From Thermoanaerobaculia bacterium (GTDB taxonomy: Bacteria > Acidobacteriota > Thermoanaerobaculia > UBA5066), in contig JBBRRY010000049.1 in the NCBI GenBank assembly GCA_038245905.1, forward strand, positions 1 to 19,038: 19,038 nucleotides of DNA, given 5' to 3'. How positions within the stretch are numbered: the stretch's first letter is position 1; each line of letters starts with the position of its first letter. Under the pieces are notes generated by a model. It was not told where the DNA came from and did no database searches. It worked only from the letters and a program-made list of their open reading frames with translations. This document shows, piece after piece, positions 16,101-19,038 of this stretch. The position numbers were made by a program, and so were the translations under genes.

Positions 16101-19038
16101 CACGCTGCCCTCGATGTTGATCTACGCGGGCGGGCAGCGGGCCGGCGCATCGTTCACGCCGCGTGCGACGGTCCTGACCGCACCCGAGGTGACGTCGTAC
16201 GCGTCGTCCGTTCTCTACAGCCCGCTCGAGCTCGCCGTGACCGACGTCTTCGGTCTTGGCCATGGCGCCCGCGTCGACATGAGCGCCAGGGGGCTCCTCG
16301 GCTCGACGCCGACGCAGTCGATGGTCCTGCAGGGCCAGACGGGGGCGCAGAAGCTCGCGGGTGGCTCGCACGGCGGCTCCGGAACGCCCGGCTCGCCGAA
16401 CGGCGGGTTCGCGCGGACCGACCTCACGTCTCCGGGCTCGGCGTACGACTCAGCGAAGGACCCGGCGCTTCCGGGAGGAGGCGGCGGCTATTCGACGGGT
16501 TCGTTCGGTACGACGGCGCCGGGCGGCACGGGCGGCGGTGTCGTTCGGCTGCTCGCGCCGGGCGCAACGCTCCACCTCGCCGGCGACGTTCTTGCGGACG
16601 GCGGCAGCGGTCCCGACGGTTATTCCGGTCCCGGCGGCGCGGGCGGCGCCATCCGGCTCGTCGCGGGCCGATTGGGAGGCGCGGGCGGAGTGTCGGCGGG
16701 CGGCGGCCGTGGGACGAACGGAAACTACACGGGCGGCGGCGGCGGCGGCCGCATCGCCCTCTCGTTCTCCGATCCACCGGCGACGTCGCTTGCGCTGACG
16801 CTCTTGGCACCGGGCGGCTTCAACAATCCGCCGCCCGACGCGAACGCTCAACAGATCGCAGGCGCGGGGACGATCTACGTCGAGGAGACCGACGCGCTCG
16901 GCGCGCCGAAAGCTCCGGGCAAGCTGATCGTCACGAACGCCTCCGGCAAGCCTGCGTGGCCGACGCCGTTCTCCGGGCCGCAGCGCTTCGGCGCCCTCGA
17001 GGCGCACGGCGCCGCGCGCCTCGTCCTCGACGGCGATCTCACTGTCGGCGGCGTCGACCCAGGGCTGACGAACGACCGAGCATCCGTGTCGCTGGACGCC
17101 GAGGCCCGTCTGTTGCTCCGGACCGAGGGCCCTCAGATCGCTTTGACGGCGGCTCCGGACGGCGGAAACGTAAACGTCAATCAGACGCTCTCCCTGACCT
17201 GGAACGCGTCGGATCCGATCGGGCTCGCGTCCGTGACGAAATCCTTCTCGCCGCAGTCGCCCGTGACGGCCGCCTTCGCGGACGAACCCGTCTCCGTCAC
17301 GCAGGGCGCCGGGCCGCTCGTCCTCACGGTGCCCGGCGCGCAGCCCTCGGGGCCCATCACATACACGCTCACCGCGGCGGATCGTTCCGGTCGCGTCATG
17401 ACCGTCCAGAAGACGTGGAACGTCGTGGCCGACACGATCCCGCCCGTCGTCGCCGTGTCGGGTCTCACCGTGGGCGGCATCTATCGCGCGGGGCAGAACA
17501 TTTCCGGTACGGTGACGGCCACGGACAACGGCTCGATCGTGAGCGTGAAGGTCCTCGTCGACGGCCAGACGCTCACGCTCTCCGGCGCGGGTCCGTTGTA
17601 TCCGTTCTCATACCTCGTTCCCAGGGACCTCGCCGCGGCGCGCGACACGACGTTCCAGGCCACCGCCACCGATGCCGCTGGGAATTCGTCTTCGACGACG
17701 GCCTCGGCACTGCACTTCTTGCTCGACTCGCCGCCGAGCTTGACGGTGACGAACGTGACGGGTGGCGCGGGGCTGACGCAGGTGCTCGCCGGTGCGACGC
17801 TCGGCGCAACGGCGACCGCGACGGACGACGTCGCGGTCACAACGGTCGTGTTCACGCTGACGGGCGCAGCAGCAACGATCGACTCGCGGGCGGTGAACGC
17901 GCCGTCGACGACGCAGAACCTGTCGTACCGGCTGCCCACGAACCTCACGGCGGGGCAGACCGTTACACTGCAGGTGGACGCGAACGACGGCTGGGGCCAC
18001 AAGACCTCGGCGGCGCCGATCGTGTTCACGGTTCTCGCCGATATCGCGGCGCCGGCTATCGCCCCGGTCGCTCTTTCGCCCGTCAAGCCGGGCGACATCT
18101 ACACGACGGGCGACATCGTCACGTTCACCGTCACCGCGACCGACAACGTCGCCGTCGGCACGATCCGTCTCACGATCAACGGCGCGACCACGCCCTACAT
18201 CGCATCGCCGGCTGTCCTCGCGTGGACCGCGCCGAACGTCTCCGGTTCAACGCCCTATACGCTCGACATCGAAGCGCTCGACATCGTGGGCAACCGTTCC
18301 ACCGCTTCGAGGACGATCAGTGTCGTCCCCGCGGGCGGAGGCACCTTCCCGGTGATCTCCTTCACGTGCCCCACGACCCAAGCCTATCTTCCTTCGGCCT
18401 ACACGGGTTTCCTGCTCACGACGAGCGCCACAGACACGGGCGGCGTCACGAAAATCGAGTTCTTCCGGCCGGGCGATACGACTCCGTTCTCCACTGCCAC
18501 GGCGACGGGCGCGCCAGCGTCATTCACCGGTACGTCGGCGGCCATCACGATGCCGACCGTCACGGGCGACACCATCGTCCGCTATCGCGCGCGCGCGTGG
18601 AACCCGGCGAACCACTTCACGGACACGTTCGTGGACGTCCACGTCGTTCCGACCGTGGACATCGCGACGGCCGGCGCCTCGGACTTCGCGGTGCTCCGTA
18701 GCGGCACGTTGACACTCGACACGCCGACAACCTATGCGGGTCTCATCGTCCTGCGTGGCGCGAGCGTCACGCACTCTGCGGCCACGGGACCCGGGGGCGA
18801 GAAGTCTCTAAACTTGACGGTGAACGGTGTCCTCTACGTGGAGTGCGGCGCCTCGATCGACGTGTCGAGTCGTGGATACGGATCGACGACGACGTATCCC
18901 GGGGCAGCGTCCGGGGCGGACTGGGCGGGTGGGAGCCACATCGGAGCAAGCGGGACGAACGGGATCTCGCCGATCGGGTCGCCGTACGGGAGCGTGTACC
19001 GGCCGCAGGAGGCGGGCGCGGGCGCCGTGATTGGAGGA
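7168..19038 (+). CDS. Giant secreted multidomain surface protein (carboxypeptidase-regulatory-like repeats, Ig-like domains, glycine-rich modules); at least 3957 aa, 3' end outside window
   Basis: Manual translation of frame +1 shows no stop from 7120 to the window end, strong G/C third-position bias and protein-like sequence throughout. Signal peptide RSVRTIAVLALLCALGSLRAVA-QP (alternative start TTG 7267). The track lists no frame +1 ORF after 7119, consistent with one unterminated ORF. Confidence 0.95.
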   Translation, partial: MTLAFPGRASAVRPAPAGGRTAFVRTSRTDRGQLRSVRTIAVLALLCALGSLRAVAQPGGLLGTAQLQISGARLTLYSDALTTDAEQTLNVGEAGRVRTCYGAVAACGTAGPGSAPGLKVVGDLSGPELPQAIPYETAPGGTFFLPGFQREGDYLLANIRLVESATGRVVANAEPSLATLHVRQILLASATVTRLTLADLQARGIAITQQNFQAFSFSVGFLFAGELVNIELPVIFQSGGTILPLGKQTVILDRLPDSVKSAVLHWEPPRIVPFKLDGMPGDSNDSPDPEPIPEDTPLYGAIVIPGNVSFLNQFFDARLIVANGAPSGSGATLQNVTGALRLPTGDYLRLAATAPPVAAGQKIPVTKANGSGVVGAGEQGTASWTVEGLVAGTQTLRLDIAADLVRPGRVTLPLSGSVQAAVEVVDARFNLSFNHPDVVREGEPYSLYVTVTNLSRAAQNLVTVELLSENITGAHKADPADPFRQTIATLDPGGSETLEFRLVSDTTGKCVATTFQSTFAGVTGTIHLRTGVGELGIPLSPASLVLPRFSELLPRSFITADVRLLGLAYSLAVAPAGAAPAGLPHVLKSDVVRRAVDLGEAGQRLFLQERLLESLEALALDQLGNRDDLVDYDTLRRSLARGAEASTALGVLFRQEQQSRNLAAADFVDHFASTTDYGRPYLAAALVPNGSQPAPVLEVRQVGAAGTTFLAYTSDDALRLRSIPYGEIYALSDVPGGTPKTPFALVGRLDGATSYRVDLHAPATPASGRLILLVPTDDLAGFRRVDFGFVSMGANEVWEVRAVKAAGDAPLFSFGLYFPTSGIPVPGVSPGTVTTLALPPFRLIGAVEDFTLDRYGLGVSYLFNRPPDRAAAETASNYSIRTTFHGQDTASPPLTFDKVVTKAGRAAFWQPNSERVVNVSYQGPISALQGTFESVPVIRHEHLLQTSQIRDTRGTPLDPSVAPALIEPNHTGGLVDGRVLLGTGEPAAGATVQLIRYHDANTIPGKDAIIVPDLVGEVTTGSDGAFYFDFIEEPPQNKVQSGFTIRATVPPGSDPAQQPGGAEQISSSIRLQNRLVHVNIALLGRGTVKGTLVYADNGTPVPNGYVAAASTLFSEVKEVAIAGDGSFTINALPVGPITLTGRDAAGLRVYQTVGLQQPGQTVNVLLQIARNSPPKTGAVVGRVLRQRSGSPRPPPDVSPGAQVAVYANGSFIQQKLSDASGNFRFDKVPEGQIQVQAADFSVSRTPAIGGAVLAADGTVTLTLTISDAAPRVVTGRVLFHDGALNVDVPVVGAVAFIVGPGVFAYTDASGAYRIEGVPVQGVSDPSYAVTAIDFTRQLQGVTSLPPILDVGDGSPVRASDIVLSAMTGGVDGVVLDPLGHPASGVTVTIPFGPSASSGSDGRFSFNDVGVGGVSLVAHAGTGLAPGRIGYLGEGSATIVFAGHRPFTTIRLRGAGVVNIHTRTASSTGVLSPIRYSPTIYRESRYDIGPSLLPVDTTTDSDGRLQLILPLPGTSVLAFSPANGNKSAPAQLTYPGQVVNLEIVFDSTSTVTGHVVGVDGVTPVPNVDVFLSARGLLPQRQRTDGQGGFRYEAVPSGQVSVTTEALVGSVDRVGRADGSLGHGQTIDLTVALRAQGTVKGRVVQLVGSNLVPIPFARYSVEESAYPNRRLPGGTATFTADANGAYEVAHLFAGPITVVAADPGQVTRQGRVTGEITSDFQVLQLPDLVLTTSIGSLGVLVRDAESGGPVADCQVTLSNGDVTVSDAEGRATFDALPLGTYSVYAFHAPTGQGGVVNGLRIANAGDRVDGTITLDTRGRISGTLWDDPAKSLGVGNGIVQLTGNVNGRLWGTTMTALASTSPETATLGQFLFDGIPVGRFTLVAAVSDSARRASTTLDLTSTAPVAAVDLVLEQLADRYVRIFQSLKAAPHLFEVDPSTGIFNVDLSQPQGDCSPRCVYDFVLNAPTAAYPNHFYKFPNVYASRPLGVVASELNGEQRKGSISGLASLPGAGSASDPFRVVLGAKGTVTVLVKDGAGNPVSGANVTVSSTGAFGSFGSTTDGAGRVTYDAIAAGNITATAKLTSNGFGGIATGVLTYDDESLALTVNLAPAVSAHGVVFHPPPGDIYSGDPASLVPEDRAIVQIRDSSNQLQVVQTGSDGVYRFNALKTGAYTISATNQTSESFAAGAGTLVGPDGNDNAVPNLILDASRPLIVSLTPPPGQTGVSRNAFVEIVFSEPLLSAVLPNGVPTSPYFTLRSGATGLVAGGSWTNALDAGGHQVVRFTPSSLYDNSTVYSISIAGGPAGVRDRAGRTLTDSGDVGSNFTTSDTVGASVVATVPTLDLPVDPASAIRFDFSEIVSGTASELDGDGVGDAAELFWQANGSTTWQPISISMFLTRGGYALTVQPPAGVTYSNDSLKRRIHVSRLRDASGNPMADYDRTFRIWDQNAPHVDAAFPPGAPGGTLSGGTAYTVTPVLSNLDDLANGPGGDIDRVDYFLASASDPSVSATTPVFSGRITPFGFSFVAAYSGNGIDPRPFPVWVQAVDTSTNKSNTVKLAMQVLPNVPPAIGSIAASAITPVAGTFYAGSTVRATALGVADTDGAQITLLTELRRDNAGSPNDPADSVALAPSRLVPRPATGWGDLVPPTFDLVVPIEMAEGTRLFFRVKGTDSLGASVTVESPRVTLAHDPNPPTIDSFVARATGAGGPATQFTIGQKFVIEFRARDAETAVRTASLTLSAEFPSPQAVTLVGGTTNLYRTAELIVPATVPPGGQSVTATASATDWGANTATSPLAFTVSPTPDPYAPVAAWLTPWEGAAWPSAYASVVAPQGVALLLRVRVTDLDRVANADVPGTIASVQFKGPSDAAGTLAAAYVDGSPVAGTGGPGVSVYETLWNVPNGVADGTLLPFQVRVVDAGANVTTADVHLRAVRSRRVYEAAQVAVLPADAMLAAGGDAAGPVFLLDGTALSLYPQTAPTVRTLPSMLIYAGGQRAGASFTPRATVLTAPEVTSYASSVLYSPLELAVTDVFGLGHGARVDMSARGLLGSTPTQSMVLQGQTGAQKLAGGSHGGSGTPGSPNGGFARTDLTSPGSAYDSAKDPALPGGGGGYSTGSFGTTAPGGTGGGVVRLLAPGATLHLAGDVLADGGSGPDGYSGPGGAGGAIRLVAGRLGGAGGVSAGGGRGTNGNYTGGGGGGRIALSFSDPPATSLALTLLAPGGFNNPPPDANAQQIAGAGTIYVEETDALGAPKAPGKLIVTNASGKPAWPTPFSGPQRFGALEAHGAARLVLDGDLTVGGVDPGLTNDRASVSLDAEARLLLRTEGPQIALTAAPDGGNVNVNQTLSLTWNASDPIGLASVTKSFSPQSPVTAAFADEPVSVTQGAGPLVLTVPGAQPSGPITYTLTAADRSGRVMTVQKTWNVVADTIPPVVAVSGLTVGGIYRAGQNISGTVTATDNGSIVSVKVLVDGQTLTLSGAGPLYPFSYLVPRDLAAARDTTFQATATDAAGNSSSTTASALHFLLDSPPSLTVTNVTGGAGLTQVLAGATLGATATATDDVAVTTVVFTLTGAAATIDSRAVNAPSTTQNLSYRLPTNLTAGQTVTLQVDANDGWGHKTSAAPIVFTVLADIAAPAIAPVALSPVKPGDIYTTGDIVTFTVTATDNVAVGTIRLTINGATTPYIASPAVLAWTAPNVSGSTPYTLDIEALDIVGNRSTASRTISVVPAGGGTFPVISFTCPTTQAYLPSAYTGFLLTTSATDTGGVTKIEFFRPGDTTPFSTATATGAPASFTGTSAAITMPTVTGDTIVRYRARAWNPANHFTDTFVDVHVVPTVDIATAGASDFAVLRSGTLTLDTPTTYAGLIVLRGASVTHSAATGPGGEKSLNLTVNGVLYVECGASIDVSSRGYGSTTTYPGAASGADWAGGSHIGASGTNGISPIGSPYGSVYRPQEAGAGAVIGG
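10081..13780 (+). repeat. About 13 tandem carboxypeptidase-regulatory-like (transthyretin/Cna-B-type beta-sandwich) protein repeats
   Basis: Units of ~85-110 aa with pattern G-x-V-x-G-x-V...G-x-P-V-x-G-A-x-V...T-D-x-x-G-x-F-x-F-x-x-V-P-x-G, starting near 10081, 10423, 10696, 10981, 11269, 11530, 11809, 12070, 12364, 12613, 12901 (degenerate), 13237 and 13495. Confidence 0.85.
13780..14496 (+). repeat. Two SbsA/Big_5-type Ig-like domains
   Basis: DASRPLIVSLTPPPGQTGVSRNAFVEIVFSEPL...VRFTPSSLYDNSTVYSISI...VRDRAGRTL...FTT and DTVGASVVATVP...IRFDFSEIV...LRDASGNPM...F. Confidence 0.8.
14497..15955 (+). repeat. About four bacterial Ig-like domains
   Basis: Units open with D/N-x-x-P(P) and close with A-x-D-x-x-x-N-like strands: QAVDTSTN, KGTDSLGA, SATDWGAN, RVVDAGAN. 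Confidence 0.7.
16230..16935 (+). repeat. Glycine-rich module 1 (alternating beta-strands and poly-Gly segments)
   Basis: RVDMSARG...AGGSHGGSG...SAYDSAKDPALPGGGGG...GGTGGGVVRLLA...GDVLADGGSG...GGAGGAIRLVAGRLGGAGGVSAGGGRG...GGGGGGRIAL...AGAGTIYV. Confidence 0.8.
17130..18650 (+). repeat. About five bacterial Ig-like (Big_7-like) domains
   Basis: ASDPIGL/TAADRSGR, DTIPP...TATDNGSI...ATATDAAGN, DSPP...TATDDVAV...ANDGWGH, DIAAP...TATDNVAV...ALDIVGN, SATDTGGVTKIEFF...RARAWNPAN. Confidence 0.8.
18690..19038 (+). repeat. Start of glycine-rich module 2 (truncated by window end)
   Basis: LNLTVNGVLYVECGASIDVSSRGY...AGGSHIGASG...PYGSVYRPQEAGAG parallels LELAVTDVFGLGHGARVDMSARGL...AGGSHGGSG...AYDSAKDPALPGGG of module 1. 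Confidence 0.75.

Noticed and set aside
8401-16371. Long minus-strand ORFs (8401-10398, 11875-12954, 13021-13995, 14035-16371)
   Set aside because: Antisense shadows of the giant gene, with no recognisable domains.
16732-16749. (GGC)6 microsatellite as a phase-variation tract
   Set aside because: An in-frame triplet repeat encoding the GGGGGG of the Gly-rich motif; slippage would not shift the frame.
15081-18701. 1206-aa + strand ORF in the track (also 12417-14408 and 7305-8021)
   Set aside because: Arg/Gly/Pro-rich with no motifs; an off-frame shadow of the real frame +1 giant gene caused by high GC3.

Overview
High-GC bacterial window; style and gene content suggest an Acidobacteriota-like organism, which is an inference only. 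The first 7 kb holds the 3' end of metG, a translationally coupled LOG-family gene, tatD, a secreted ELWxxDGT-repeat beta-propeller gene broken by a single frameshift near 3608, a minimal zincin, a minus-strand lipoprotein with a transglutaminase-like Cys-His-Asp domain plus TPRs, and a divergent membrane protein with a GIDE-like domain. The last 11.9 kb is one uninterrupted + strand ORF (7168 to beyond 19038, at least 3957 codons) that is absent from the supplied ORF track, presumably because it has no stop inside the window. It encodes a giant secreted modular protein: signal peptide, ~900 aa largely unrecognised N-terminal region, ~13 carboxypeptidase-regulatory-like repeats, Ig-like domains and glycine-rich modules. 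All ORFs the track lists downstream of 7120 appear to be off-frame shadows of this gene. No RNA genes, CRISPR arrays or mobile elements were seen.
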